From Octopus vulgaris (taxonomy: Eukaryota): a stretch of DNA of 50,000 nt. The DNA is taken from positions 1 to 50,000 of the forward strand of contig CATOCA020000028.1 in the NCBI GenBank assembly GCA_951406725.2, read 5' to 3'. Shown one piece after another: positions 34,946 through 48,900 of the stretch. Position numbers and translations under genes: made by a program. Numbering within the stretch: the first letter of the stretch is position 1; each line of letters starts with the position of its first letter. The notes under the pieces were generated by a model that was not told the DNA's origin, ran no database searches, and saw only the letters and a list, made by a program, of their open reading frames with translations.

Positions 34946-35441
34946 AATGTGTTTCGTACACGAAGGCACACAATAATTCCCCCACGGGGGGGAACTACGT
35001 ACACAACCTTCGCGCGAAGGCCACTAACCGTCTTATTGAAAAGACACAAAATAACAATATTAACACAGCAACAATAAACTACTAACTTTCAACAACACTA
35101 TTTCAGACAAAAAAACTCACGTTTCGTTTTTGAGAATCAATGAATAAGTCAAAGTAACGTCCTGTCGGCTTCACGACTGCATAATGTTGGGTGTTTTATT
35201 ATTACCCACAAGGGGCCAACAAAGAGGGGACAATACAACCTGATGTGGGGTCAGATTCACGTATGAGGTTACAAAAGTATGAGTTTAAAAATTTCAAAAA
35301 TTCACAAAATTGCAAAAATTATAAAAATCGAATGAGAAAAACAGACCGGAAGACACTACAGGTGGAGTGGGGGCGGGTTCAGCTCGGACCCCACGAGCCC
35401 CGCCTCACCACTGATACTTTTGGTTTCGTTTTGATCTACAT

Positions 35442-38400
35442 TTATGTGGTGTCATTCATTCTCAACTTCCGTGCTACATCCTTCCATCGTTCTTCATACA
35501 CTCTTTTAGTCAGGCATTTTCTCTCCAGCCCTATCTTCCTTTTCAGGTGGTAGATGAAGTAATTCATCAACCCAGGGCCGGATATGAACTTGCCTGACCG
35601 TATACCTTTCATTCTCGTCTTCCATATCCCTCCTTCGCAATTGCTACCACAACGAGAAAACAAGTCTTACCTTCTTTCGCGAGGAAATCTGGTGGGTCAA
35701 TTTTTTAATACACTCAGTCGACAGCTGTACTCTTCGTGTGCTTGACAACAGCTGTTCGGCATAAACCCACACCTCAGACACGTCCGAACAATGAACAATA
35801 GCGTGCGGGACGGTTTCCCTATCCCGCCCGCATCTTGGACACATCGGACTGTCTTGGCCACCGTGCCTTGCGAGTTTATCCCGAACAGGTAGAGCTCCTC
35901 TGTAGCATTGCCATGCCAGAGACTTCTGGAAGTTGTCCAGAGTCTTCGGCTCGAACGTACGTCGGAACAGACTAGCCAGCTGATTATCGTCGAGACCCAG
36001 GGTTTCCCCCAAGGTGTCTTCACATTCCGCCTCTACCAACCCTCTATAGAAGAATGTGGTGGAACCCCCACCGCAGGCGTTGCCCGAGCGACGGAATAGC
36101 AGGAGGGCCTTTCGACACTCCGTATACCATGTACCGAGTTTCGATCTACGATTCAACCAGGTTTCCCATCCACCGAAACTAGTGAACTTGGGAAACATCA
36201 GTTTTGCTAACGGAGACCACACCCGTTCACCATCCAGGTAGAGCCACAGATGTCTTAACCTCAGCGCATGTCTGCGCATCATCAGCCAAGGCATCCCTAG
36301 CCCACCCTTTAACGGTTGTTGACAGCAAGTAGAGCGTTTCACAAGTGGTTTCCTGCCCTTCCACAGGAAGTAGAAGAGCTGTCTTTCCAACTTGGTCAAC
36401 CACGAATCAGGGCATGGAACGACGGAAAGGCGGTAGATGATAACCGATGCGATAAACACATTGGCCACCTCCGCCCTCCCTTTCAAGGATAGCCACCGCC
36501 TAGACCAGGTCTTGGCTACTGCAGCCACCTTGCTCGTTACCTCGCCCCAATTCTTCTCTATTTGGAGGTCTGGACCGAACCAGACCCCTAGCAGTTTAAT
36601 CGGACCCTCCGTCCAACGTCCCACGACGCTGTCAGGAGGCATCGACTTGCCTCTCCAGGTGCCGAGTTGCAAGCCGACTGACTTTTCGCGATTAACTTTT
36701 GCTCCTGTCACCGTCTCGTAATCCTCTATGGCCTTGCCTACTTTACATAGGTGGTCCATTTCGGTCACGATGATGGTGATGTCGTCCGCGTACGCTGACA
36801 CTGATTTTCCATTACCTGGCTGTCTCGGGATGCCGCTCAGTTTTCGCAGTAATGGCTCAAGAGCCATCACGTACAAAAGCGGGGAGAGCGGACACCCTTG
36901 ACGAACCGAGCGTTTGATTTTGAACGGCTTCGACAAGAAGCCGTTCACCCGAACTACCGAGTCGATGTTGTCGTAAATTTGGATAATCCACCTGAGGAAG
37001 CCAAGGCCCAGCCCGAACTGTGCCAGAGCAGACACCAGGTAACGATGGTCGACCCTATCAAAAGCTTTGGATTGGTCTAAATGGACCAGTGCCCCACCCT
37101 TGCCAGAATCACTATTAAACCCCTCTATAGTGTACCGCATTAGATGGAGATTATCCTGAATGGTTCTGCCCGGAACGGCACATGTCTGTGCCTCCCCGAT
37201 CAGACCATCCGCGACACGCGCCAATCTTTTCGATAACACTTTGGCCAAAATCTTCAACTCTGTGTTTAGCAGAGTGATGGGCCTGAAATTATCAATGCAC
37301 TCCCCCTTGCTCGGGTCCTTTCTGACGAGAGTCACCACTCCCCGGCGCACAGATCTGGGTATCAACCCGTTCTGCTGCCAGTTCGCATAGACTTCCGCCA
37401 GTAGGTGCCCGAACAAGTCTGGCATATTCTTATATAACTCGTAGGGTAGACCATCCAAACCCGGCGCCTTGCCCGCGCCGCAGTCCGCCATTGCCTCCAC
37501 CACCTCCTCAGGCGTGATTGGCCCTTCACAGCCCTCCGCATCTCGCCCCGATAAGCGCGGCAGCCCGTCGAGTAGGTCCGTAAAGGCCCTCCTCCTATCC
37601 AGTCCGCCGCACTCACCGAAAAGCTGAGCGAAGTGCTCCTGAAAGGCCTCACACATCTCCTCGGGTTCGTCTATCAACTCACCTTGTTGGTTCTTCAAAG
37701 ATCGAATCGTGGCATCGTTGCCATTCCGGGCTTCCACCACTCGGGCCCATCTCACGGCGTTGATTCCTTCACATCCCATATGACGGATTCTAGCCCTGAC
37801 AATGCAGCCCATGTGTTTGGCCTCGAGGTGCTGGTTTAACACCAGTCTCTTGGACGCCACCTGAGCCGCAGAGCCAGTTTTCATGGCTTCCTCTAATTCC
37901 TTAACTAGAGTAGTTTCCCTTCTAGCCTCTCTAGACACTACTCCTATGCTATATCTAATAGACTCAAACTTGATGGCTCGTTTGAGGGCGTACCACCATT
38001 TGTTATTAATGATGGTACCAGACAGCGCCCTCTGAATTATGGTCCTAATCCGGTCTCTGTACTCCTTAATCGCCAAAAGGGACGTATTAAGTTTCCAGTA
38101 ACCGGATCCTCTCTTTCTAACCTTATCTATGTCAAGCTTACAAGTGACCATTTTATGATCACTGTAGCTGATCGGGTAAAACTGTGGACGCTTAGCTATT
38201 TTACTGTCTACCTTTCTAATTAGAATTCTATCTATGTATGACCTGGAAGATCCGTCGCTGTTTGACCATGTCCACAATGGAGCGTTCGGAAATTCCAACC
38301 TATAAGGATCTGCTAGCTCAAAGCGGCTTAGCAGTTCCAGGAAGCATGTGTTACCTTTTCTATCATTCGAGCCAACACAATCTACATCCGCTTTGCAAAT

Positions 38401-38832
38401 TGTGTTAAAGTCTCCTAGCACCACTATTGAATGCGAAGTACCGAGAAAGTTCTCTAGATCACGATAATAATCACTTTGCCCATTATTACTGCAGGGTGCG
38501 TAAATTGCAACCAGTCTGATAACTTTACCGTTACTGAACGTCAAATCCATGACGACCAGCCTACCTTCTGGGTCTGAAAAAATTAACTTTTTCTCAAAAC
38601 CCGGTTTCTTTTTAGTAGGACCAACACCCCACTCCCGCCTGCAGGACTGCCAGGAGAGAAAAACTCTCGTAGCCGTCAAACAGTGGGAGTAGATCTCTTG
38701 GCCCCTTTAACCGGGTTTCTGTAGCAACAATAACATCCAAATTGCGCGACCTGATATCATTAAGGAAGCGACCTTGCTTCCACCTGATCCCAGGCCGCGC
38801 ACATTTAAACAACCAACAGAAATGTAGTTCAT
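35442..38832 (-). CDS. ORF2 APE-RT (frameshifts near both ends)
   Basis: Main ORF 35644-38679 with the same motifs as unit 1. Confidence 0.85.
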
Positions 38833-38840
38833 CACTTACC

Positions 38841-40169
38841 TTATATCGGTAGTTTGGCTTTTTCGGCGGTTTCGCCTTCTTCTTCATTTTTTTTCTTTGG
38901 CTCGTGGGGGAGTCCGACGTAGGCCCTCGTATAGATATGGAGACATGTCCAGTCTCAGAGGGCCCACGTCGTGGAAGAACTCGGATTTTATCCTCCTGTA
39001 GTCCTTCCGGCCTATTTTATATATGATGAAGTCTTTCATCTTCCTTACACGTTCCACCTTGGCCATGGCTGCCAACACATTGACAAGTCTGTTGTTAGTA
39101 GCCTTAATGGCCATAAATGAAGAAGTAACCTCTTTCCTTTTCTTTAGGTTTTCTTCTTCTTGAGGGGTGGTTTCAGTTTTCCGTTTTTTTGGTAACTTTA
39201 GACCACCCCTCCTCTTTTTCGTTTTCTTTTTCCTTTTCTGCAGCTTTTTCCACCTCTTTGGTTTCCTTTTTTTCCTCCGTTTCTTCTTTCTCCGACGGTT
39301 CTTCTGTCTGCGGTTTCGGTTGACACTCCGCTCTCACGTGCCCCTTCTTTCCGCAGCCGAAGCACCTCGGTTTTCTTCCTTCTACGAATACTAGAACTCG
39401 CTCCTCCTCATCTAGCCTCAGCACCTCTGGTATTTCTTCCAGAGTCTGGGCCTCTGCTTGTATAGCCATTGTTATGATCTGGCCCTGCCAAAATCCCTCC
39501 TCCTCCACTGTAGCTTGGAGGATGTTGATTTTTTCTTTCAGGCCCAGCATCACTGCCGCCACCAGGCATGAGGCGTCTGCCTCTGGGGGAATATTTCTCA
39601 TTACTATCTTTGAAGTCCTTCTTCCTTTGTACAAGGGTAGAAGGACTAGATTTCCCGCTTTCTGAGGTTCTGTGGATAGCTTCTTAGCTATTTCTTCGGT
39701 TCTGAACCTCACTTCTACTGTTCCGAACCGTCTTCCTCTATTGATGTAAGTGATATCTTTTCTGATTGTCTTCAGGCACTCCTCTATTTTGCATTCTTCC
39801 ACTTTTTGTATGCTTTTTGTAGTCGTGCTGTATGTCTTGTATATAATTCTTTTCTTTTCTATCTCTTCCTTTTTTTCCATATCTTTTTTCACTGCAATTT
39901 CATTTCCTTCTTTCTTTAGAAGGTCTTCATATTTCTCTAGGTTTTCTATATCTATATTTTTTTTGTTTGCGTCCAACAACTTCCGCAAACTTCTTTGTTG
40001 GGGCCTTTTGTCCTGGCGTTACCGCCGATTCTTTTTCCGGTGTCACCGCCGGCGTGCTTCTCTCACCCGAGGTTTGAGATTCTTCATCACCTGAAATGGG
40101 TGAATAGGTAATGGGGAAATCCATTTCGAATTTTCCTTCCAGTTTGTATTCACTGCCTTCCAAAGACAT
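38841..40169 (-). CDS. ORF1 (frameshifted)
   Basis: ORF pieces 39927-40331, 39173-39988 and 38884-39114. Confidence 0.8.
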
Positions 40170-40714
40170 TCTGGCTTTGCAGCCGTTAGTAGAAAATATT
40201 TTTTTTTTTTTTTTTTTTTTTGTTTTTGAATGTGTTTCGTACACGAAGGCACACAATAATTCCCCCACGGGGGGAACTACGTACACAACCTTCGCGCGAA
40301 GGCCACTAACCGTCTTATTGAAAAGACACAAAATAACAATATTAACACAGCAACAATAAACTACTAACTTTCAACAACACTATTTCAGACAAAAAACTCA
40401 CGTTTCGTTTTTGAGAATCAATGAATAAGTCAAAGTAACGTCCTGTCGGGTTCACGACTGCATAATGTTGGGTGTTTTATTATTACCCACAAGGGGCCAA
40501 CAAAGAGGGGACAATACAACCTGATGTGGGGTCAGATTCACGTATGAGGTTACAAAAGTATGAGTTTAAAAATTTTCAAAAATAAAAATAAATGGACAAA
40601 AATCGAGTGATAGGACAGACCGGAAGACATTACAGGTGGAGTGGGGCGGGTTTAGCTCGGACCCCACGAGCCCCGCCTCCCCACTGATACTTTTGGTTGC
40701 GTTTGGTATTACAT

Positions 40715-43700
40715 TTATGTTGTAACTTTCATTCTCAACTTCCGTGCTACATCCTTCCATCGTTCTTCATACGCTCTCCTAGTCAGGCATATTCTCTCCA
40801 GCCCTATCTTCCTTTTCAGGTGAAAGATGAAATAATTCATCAAACCAGGGCCGGAGATGAACTTGCCTGACTGTAAACCTTTCATTCTCGTCTTCCATAT
40901 CACCTCTTTCGCGATTGCTACTACAACGAGAAAACAAACTTACCTTCATTCACGAGGAAATCCGGTGGGTCAATTTTTGTAATCGACTCAGTCGACAGCT
41001 GTACTCTTCGTGTACTTGACAACAGGTGTTCGGCATAAACCCACACCTCAGACACGTCCGGACAATGAACAATCGCGTGCGGGACGGTTTCCCTATCCCG
41101 CCCGCATCTTGGACATATCGGACTGTCTTGGCCACCGTGCCTTGCGAGTTTATCCCGAACAGGTAGAGCTCCTCTGTAGCATTGCCATGCCAGAGACTTC
41201 TGGAAGTTGTCCAGTGTCCTTGGCTCGAACGTACGTCGGAACAGACTGGCCAGCTGATTATCGTCGAGACCCAGGGTTTCCCCCAAGGTATCTTCACATT
41301 CCGCCTCTACCAACCCTCTATAGAAGAAAGTGGTGGAACCCCCACCGCAGGCGTTGCCCGAGCGACGGAATAGCAGGAGAGCCTTGCGACACTCCGTGTA
41401 CCAAGTACCAAGTTTCGATCTACGATTCAGCCAGGTTTCCCATCCACCGAAACTAGTGAACTTGGGAAACATCAGTTTTGCTAGCGAAGACCACACCCGT
41501 TCACCATCCAGGTAGAGCCACAGATGTCTTAACCTCAGCGCATGTCTGCGCATCATCAGCCAAGGCATCCCTAGCCCACCCTTTAACGGTTGTTGACAGC
41601 AAGTAGAGCGTTTCACAAGTGGTTTCCCGCCCTTCCACAAGAAGTAGAAGAGCTGTCTTTCCAACTTGATCAACCACGAATCAGGGCAAGGAACGACGGA
41701 AAGGCGGTAGATGATAACCGATGCGATAAACACATTGGCCACCTCCGCCCTCCCTTTCAGGATAGCCACCGCCAAGACCAGGTCTTGGCTACTGCAGCCA
41801 CCTTGCTCGTTACCTCGCCCCAATTCTTCTCTATTTGGAGGTCTGGACCGAACCAGACCCCTAGCAGTTTAATCGGACCCTCCGTCCAACGTCCCACGAC
41901 GCTGTCAGGAGGCATCGACTTGCCTCTCCAGGTGCCGAGTTGCAAGCCGACTGACTTTTCGCGATTAACTTTTGCTCCTGTCACCGTCTCGTACATCCTC
42001 TATGGCCTTGCCTACTTTACATAGGTGGTCCATTTCGGTTACGATGATGGTGATGTCATCCGCGTACGCTGACACTGATTTTCCATTACCTGGCTGTCTC
42101 GGGATGCCGCTCAGTTTTCGCAGTAATGGCTCAAGAGCCATCACGTACAAAAGCGGGGAGAGCGGACACCCTTGACGAACCGAGCGTTTGATTTTGAACG
42201 GCTTCGACAAGAAGCCGTTCACCCGAACTACCGAGTCGATGTTATCATAAATTTCGATAATCCACCTGAGGAATCCAAGGCTCAGCCCGAACTGTGCCAG
42301 GGCAGATACCAGGTAACGATGGTCGACCCTATCAAAAGCTTTAGATTGGTCTAAATGGACCAGTGCCCCACCCTTGCCAGAATCACTATTAAACCCCTCT
42401 ATAGTGTACCGCATTAGATGGAGATTATCCTGAATGGATCTGCCCGGAACGGCACATGTCTGTGCCTCCTCCGATCAGACCATCCGCGACACGCGCCAAT
42501 CTTTTCGATAACACTTTGGCCAAAATCTTCAACTCTGTGTTTAGCAGAGTGATGGGCCTGAAATTATCAATGCACTCCCCCTTGCTCGGGTCCTTTCTGA
42601 CGAGAGTCACTACTCCCCGGCGCACAGATCTGGGTATAAGCCCGTTCTGCTGCCAGTTCGCGTAGACTTCCGCCAGTAGGTGCCCGAACAAGTCTGGCAT
42701 ACTCTTATATAACTCATAGGGTAGACCATCCAAACCCGGCGCCTTGCCCGCGCCGCAGTCCGCCATTGCCTCAACCACCTCCTCAGGCGTGATTGGCCCT
42801 TCACAGCCCTCCGCATCTCGCCCCGATAAGCGCGGCAGACCGTCGAGTAGGTCCGTAAAGGCCCTCCTCCTATCCAGTCCGCCGCACTCACCGAAAAGCT
42901 GAGCGAAGTGCTCCTGAAAGGCCTCACACATCTCCTCGGGTTCGTCTATCAACTCACCTTGTTGGTTCGTCAAAGATCGAATCGTGGCATCGTTACCATG
43001 CTGAGCTTCCACCACTCGGGCCCATCTCACGGCGTTGATTCCTTCACATCCCATATGACGGATTCTAGCCCTGACAATGCAGCCCATGTGTTTGGCCTCG
43101 AGGTGCTGGTTTAACACCAGTCTCTTGGCCGCCACCTGAGCCGCAGAGCCAGTTTTCATGGCTTCCTCTAATTCCTTAACTAGAGTAGTTTCCCTTCTAG
43201 CCTCTCTAGCCACTACTCCTATGCTATATCTAATAGACTCAAACTTGATGGCTCGTTTGAGGGCGTACCACCATTTGTTATTAATGATGGTACCAGATAG
43301 TGCCCTCTGAATTATATTCCTAATCCGGTCTTTGTACTCCTTAATCGCCAAAAGGGACGTATTAAGTTTCCAGTAACCGGATCCTCTATTTTTAACCTTA
43401 TCTATGTCAAGCTTACAAGTGACCATTTTATGATCACTGTAGCTGATCGGGTAAAACTGTGGACACTTAGCTATTTTACTGTCTACTTTCTAATTAGTAT
43501 TCTATCTAGATACGACCTGGAAGATCCGTCGCTGTTTGACCATGTCCACAATGGAGCGTTCGGAAATTCCAGCCTATAAGGATCTGCTAGCTCAAAGCGG
43601 CTTAGCAGTTCCATGAAGCCACTGTTGCCTTTTCTATCTGGACACGAGCCAACATAATCTACATCCGCTTTGCAAATTGTGTTAAAGTCTCCTAGCACCA

Positions 43701-44109
43701 CTAATGAATGCGAAGTACCAAGAAAGTTTTCTAGTTCACGAAAATAATCACTTTGCCCTGTATGGTTGGGTGCGTAAATTGCAACCAGTCTGATAACTTT
43801 ACCATTACTGAACGTCAAATCCATGACGACCAGCCTACCTTCTGGGTCTGCAAAAATTAACTTTTTCTCAGAAACCCGGTTTCTTTTTAATAGGACCAAC
43901 ACCCCACTCCCGCCTGCAGGACTGCCAGGAGAGAAAAAACTCTCGTAGCCGTCAAACAGCGGGAGTAGATCTCTTGGCCCCTCTAGCCGGGTTTCTGTAG
44001 CAACAATAACATCTAAATTACGCGACCTGATATCATGCAGGAAGCGACCTTGCTTCCAGCCTGCTCCCAGGCCGCGCACATTTAAACAACCAACATAAAT
44101 GTAATCCAT
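40715..44109 (-). CDS. ORF2 APE-RT subtype B (frameshifted)
   Basis: ORF pieces 43483-44109, 42425-43426, 41965-42414, 41757-41996, 40921-41823 and 40715-40903. Confidence 0.85.
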
Positions 44110-44117
44110 TACTTACC

Positions 44118-45438
44118 TTATATCAGTGGTTCGGTTTTTTCGGCGGTTTCTTCTTCCTTCTTTTTTCTGGCTCGTGGGGAGTCTGACGTAGGCCCTCGAA
44201 TATATGTGGAGATGTCATCCAACCTAAGGGGCCACGTCGTGGAAGAACTCGGATTTTATCCTCCTGTAGTCCTTCCGGCCTATTTTATATATGATGAAGT
44301 CTTTCATCTTCCTTACACGTTCCACCTTGGCCATGGCTGCCAACACATTGACAAGTCTGTTGTTAGTAGCCTTAATGGCCATAAATGAAGAAGTAACCTC
44401 TTTCCTTTTCTTTAGGTTTTCTTCTTCTTGAGGGGTGGTTTCAGTTTTCCGTTTTTTTTTGGTAACTTTAGACCACCCCTCCTCTTTTTCGTTTTCTTTT
44501 TCCTTTTCTGCAGCTTTTTCCACCTCTTTGGTTTCCTTTTTTTCCTCCGTTTCTTCTTTCTCCGACGGTTCTTCTGTCTGCGGTTTCGGTTGACACTCCG
44601 CTCTCACGTGCCCCTTCTTTCCGCAGCCGAAGCACCTCGGTTTTCTTCCTTCTACGAATACTAGAACTCGCTCCTCCTCATCTAGCCTCAGCACCTCTGG
44701 TATTTCTTCCAGAGTCTGGGCCTCTGCTTGTATAGCCATTGTTATGATCTGGCCCTGCCAAAATCCCTCCTCCTCCACTGTAGCTTGGAGGATGTTGATT
44801 TTTCTTTCAGGCCCAGCATCACTGCCGCCACCAGGCATGAGGCGTCTGCCTCTGGGGGAATATTTCTCATTACTATCTTTGAAGTCCTTCTTCCTTTGTA
44901 CAAGGGTAGAAGGACTAGATTTCCCGCTTTCTGAGGTTCTGTGGATAGCTTCTTAGCTATTTCTTCGGTTCTGAACCTCACTTCTACTGTTCCGAACCGT
45001 CTTCCTCTATTGATGTAAGTGATATCTTTTCTGATTGTCTTCAGGCACTCCTCTATTTTGCATTCTTCCACTTTTTGTATGCTTTTTGTAGTCGTGCTGT
45101 ATGTCTTGTATATAATTCTTTTCTTTTCTATCTCTTCCTTTTTTTCCATATCTTTTTTCACTGCAATTTCATTTCCTTCTTTCTTTAGAAGGTCTTCATA
45201 TTTCTCTAGGTTTTCTATATCTATATCTTTCTGTTTGCGTCCAACAACTTCCGCAAACTTCTTTGTTGGGGCCTTTTGTTCCTGGCGTTACCGCCGATTC
45301 TTTTTCCGGTGTCACCGCCGGCGTGCTTCTCTCACCCGAGGTTTGAGATTCTTCATCACCTGAGATGGGTGAATAGGTAATGGGGAAATCCATTTCGAAT
45401 TTTCCTTCCAGTTTGCATTCACTGCCTTCCAAAGACAT
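44118..45438 (-). CDS. ORF1 (frameshifted)
   Basis: ORF pieces 45196-45537, 44742-45161 and 44224-44838. Confidence 0.8.
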
Positions 45439-45464
45439 TCTGGCTTTGCAGCCGTTAGTAGAAA

Positions 45465-45496
<32 letters not shown>

Positions 45497-45994
45497 GAAT
45501 GTGTTTCGTACACGAAGGCACACAATAATTCCCCCACGGGGGGGAACTACGTACACAACCTTCGCGCGAAGGCCACTAACCGTCTTATTAAAAAGACACA
45601 AAATAACAATATTAACACAGCAACAATAAACTACTAACTTTCAACAACACTATTTCAGACAAAAAACTCACGTTTCGTTTTTGAGAATCAATGAATAAGT
45701 CAAAGTAACGTCCTATCGGGTTCACGACTGCATAATGTTGGGTGTTTTATTATTACCCACAAGGGGCCAACAAAGAGGGGACAATACAACCTGATGTGGG
45801 GTCAGATTCACGTATGAGGTTACAAAAGTATGAGTTTAAAAATTTCAAAAATTCACAAAAATTGCAAAAATTATAAAAATCGAATGAGAAAAAACAGACC
45901 GGAAGACACTACAGGTGGAGTGGGGGCGGGTTCAGCTCGGACCCCACGAGCCCCGCCTCCCCACTGATACTTTTGGTTGCACTTGGTATTACAT

Positions 45995-48900
45995 TTATGT
46001 TGTAACTTTCATTCGCAACTTCCGTGCTACATCCTTCCATCGTTCTTCATACGCTCTCCTAGTCAGGCATATTCTCTCCAGCCCTATCTTCCTTTTCAGG
46101 TGAAAGATGAAATAATTCATCAAACCAGGGCCGGAGATGAACTTGCCTGACTGTAAACCTTTCATTCTCGTCTTCCATATCACCTCTTTCGCGATTGCTA
46201 CTACAACGAGAAAACGAAACTTACCTTCATTCACGAGGAAATCCGGTGGGTCAATTTTTGTAATCGACTCAGTCGACAGCTGTACTCTTCGTGTACCTGA
46301 CAACAGGTGTTCGGCATAAACCCACACCTCAGACACGTCCGGACAATGAACAATCGCGTGCGGGACGGTTTCCCTATCCCGCCCGCATCTTGGACATATC
46401 GGACTGTCTTGGCCACCGTGCCTTGCGAGTTTATCCCGAACAGGTAGAGCTCCTCTGTAGCATTGCCATGCCAGAGACTTCTGGAAGTTGTCCAGTGTCC
46501 TTGGCTCGAACGTACGTCGGAACAGACTGGCCAGCTGATTATCGTCGAGACCTAGGGTTTCCCCCAAGGTATCTTCACATTCCGCCTCTACCAACCCTCT
46601 ATAGAAGAAAGTGGTGGAACCCCCACCGCAGGCGTTGCCCGAGCGACGGAATAGCAGGAGAGCCTTGCGACACTCCGTGTACCAAGTACCAAGTTTCGAT
46701 CTACGATTCAGCCAGGTTTCCCATCCACCGAAACTAGTGAACTTGGGAAACATCAGTTTTGCTAGCGAAGACCACACCCGTTCACCATCCAGGTAGAGCC
46801 ACAGATGTCTTAACCTCAGCGCATGTCTGCGCATCATCAGCCAAGGCATCCCTAGCCCACCCTTTAACGGTTGTTGACAGCAAGTAGAGCGTTTCACAAG
46901 TGGTTTCCCGCCCTTCCACAAGAAGTAGAAGAGCTGTCTTTCCAACTTGATCAACCACGAATCAGGGCAAGGAACGACGGAAAGGCGGTAGGTGATAACC
47001 GATGCGATAAACACATTGGCCACCTCCGCCCTCCCTTTCAGGGATAGCCACCGCCAAGACCAGGTCTTGGCTACTGCAGCCACCTTGCTCGTTACCTCGC
47101 CCCAATTCTTCTCTATTTGGAGGTCTGGACCGAACCAGACCCCTAGCAGTTTAATCGGACCCTCCGTCCAACGTCCCACGACGCTGTCAGGAGGCATCGA
47201 CTTGCCTCTCCAGGTGCCGAGTTGCAAGCCGACTGACTTTTCGCGATTAACTTTTGCTCCTGTCACCGTCTCGTACACCTCTATGGCCTTGCCTACTTTA
47301 CATAGGTGGTCCATTTCGGTTACGATGATGGTGATGTCATCCGCGTACGCTGACACTGATTTTCCATTACCTGGCTGTCTCGGGATGCCGCTCAGTTTTC
47401 GCAGTAATGGCTCAAGAGCCATCACGTACAAAAGCGGGGAGAGCGGACACCCTTGACGAACCGAGCGTTTGATTTTGAACGGCTTCGACAAGAAGCCGTT
47501 CACCCGAACTACCGAGTCGATGTTATCATAAATTTCGATAATCCACCTGAGGAATCCAAGGCTCAGCCCGAACTGTGCCAGGGCAGATACCAGGTAACGA
47601 TGGTCGACCCTATCAAAAGCTTTAGATTGGTCTAAATGGACCAGTGCCCCACCCTTGCCAGAATCACTATTAAACCCCTCTATAGTGTACCGCATTAGAT
47701 GGAGATTATCCTGAATGGATCTGCCCGGAACGGCACATGTCTGTGCCCCTCCGATCAGACCATCCGCGACACGCGCCAATCTTTTCGATAACACTTTGGC
47801 CAAAATCTTCAACTCTGTGTTTAGCAGAGTGATGGGCCTGAAATTATCAATGCACTCCCCCTTGCTCGGGTCCTTTCTGACGAGAGTCACTACTCCCCGG
47901 CGCACAGATCTGGGTATAAGCCCGTTCTGCTGCCAGTTCGCGTAGACCTCCGCCAGTAGGTGCCCGAACAAGTCTGGCATACTCTTATATAACTCATAGG
48001 GTAGACCATCCAAACCCGGCGCCTTGCCCGCGCCGCAGTCCGCCATTGCCTCAACCACCTCCTCAGGCGTGATTGGCCCTTCACAGCCCTCCGCATCTCG
48101 CCCCGATAAGCGCGGCAGACCGTCGAGTAGGTCCGTAAAGGCCCTCCTCCTATCCAGTCCGCCGCACTCACCGAAAAGCTGAGCGAAGTGCTCCTGAAAG
48201 GCCTCACACATCTCCTCGGGTTCGTTTATCAACTCACCTTGTTGGTTCGTCAAAGATCGAATCGTGGCATCGTTACCATGCTGAGCTTCCACCACTCGGG
48301 CCCATCTCACGGCGTTGATTCCTTCACATCCCATATGACGGATTCTAGCCCTGACAATGCAGCCCATGTGTTTGGCCTCGAGGTGCTGGTTTAACACCAG
48401 TCTCTTGGCCGCCACCTGAGCCGCAGAGCCAGTTTTCATGGCTTCCTCTAATTCCTTAACTAGAGTAGTTTCCCTTCTAGCCTCTCTAGCCACTACTCCT
48501 ATGCTATATCTAATAGACTCAAACTTGATGGCTCGTTTGAGGGCGTACCACCATTTGTTATTAATGATGGTACCAGATAGTGCCCTCTGAATTATATTCC
48601 TAATCCGGTCTTTGTACTCCTTAATCGCCAAAAGGGACGTATTAAGTTTCCAGTAACCGGATCCTCTATTTTTAACCTTATCTATGTCAAGCTTACAAGT
48701 GACCATTTTATGATCACTGTAGCTGATCGGGTAAAACTGTGGACACTTAGCTATTTTACTGTCTACTTTTCTAATTAGTATTCTATCTAGATACGACCTG
48801 GAAGATCCGTCGCTGTTTGACCATGTCCACAATGGAGCGTTCGGAAATTCCAGCCTATAAGGATCTGCTAGCTCAAAGCGGCTTAGCAGTTCCATGAAGC

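Larger units (their letters stand above)
29907..35193 (-). mobile_element. Tx1-like LINE unit 2 (subtype A with B-type patches)
   Basis: Near-identical to unit 1. Length 5287 bp. Confidence 0.95.
35194..40474 (-). mobile_element. Tx1-like LINE unit 3 (subtype A)
   Basis: Near-identical to unit 1. Length 5281 bp. Confidence 0.95.
40475..45744 (-). mobile_element. Tx1-like LINE unit 4 (ORF2 subtype B)
   Basis: Same architecture, with MDYIYV start, a distinct 3' UTR segment and a distinct ORF1 C-terminus. Length 5270 bp. Confidence 0.95.

Noticed and set aside
25481-48394. Recurrent plus-strand ORFs inside the LINE units
   Set aside because: Antisense shadows of ORF1/ORF2, repeated only because the units are repeated.
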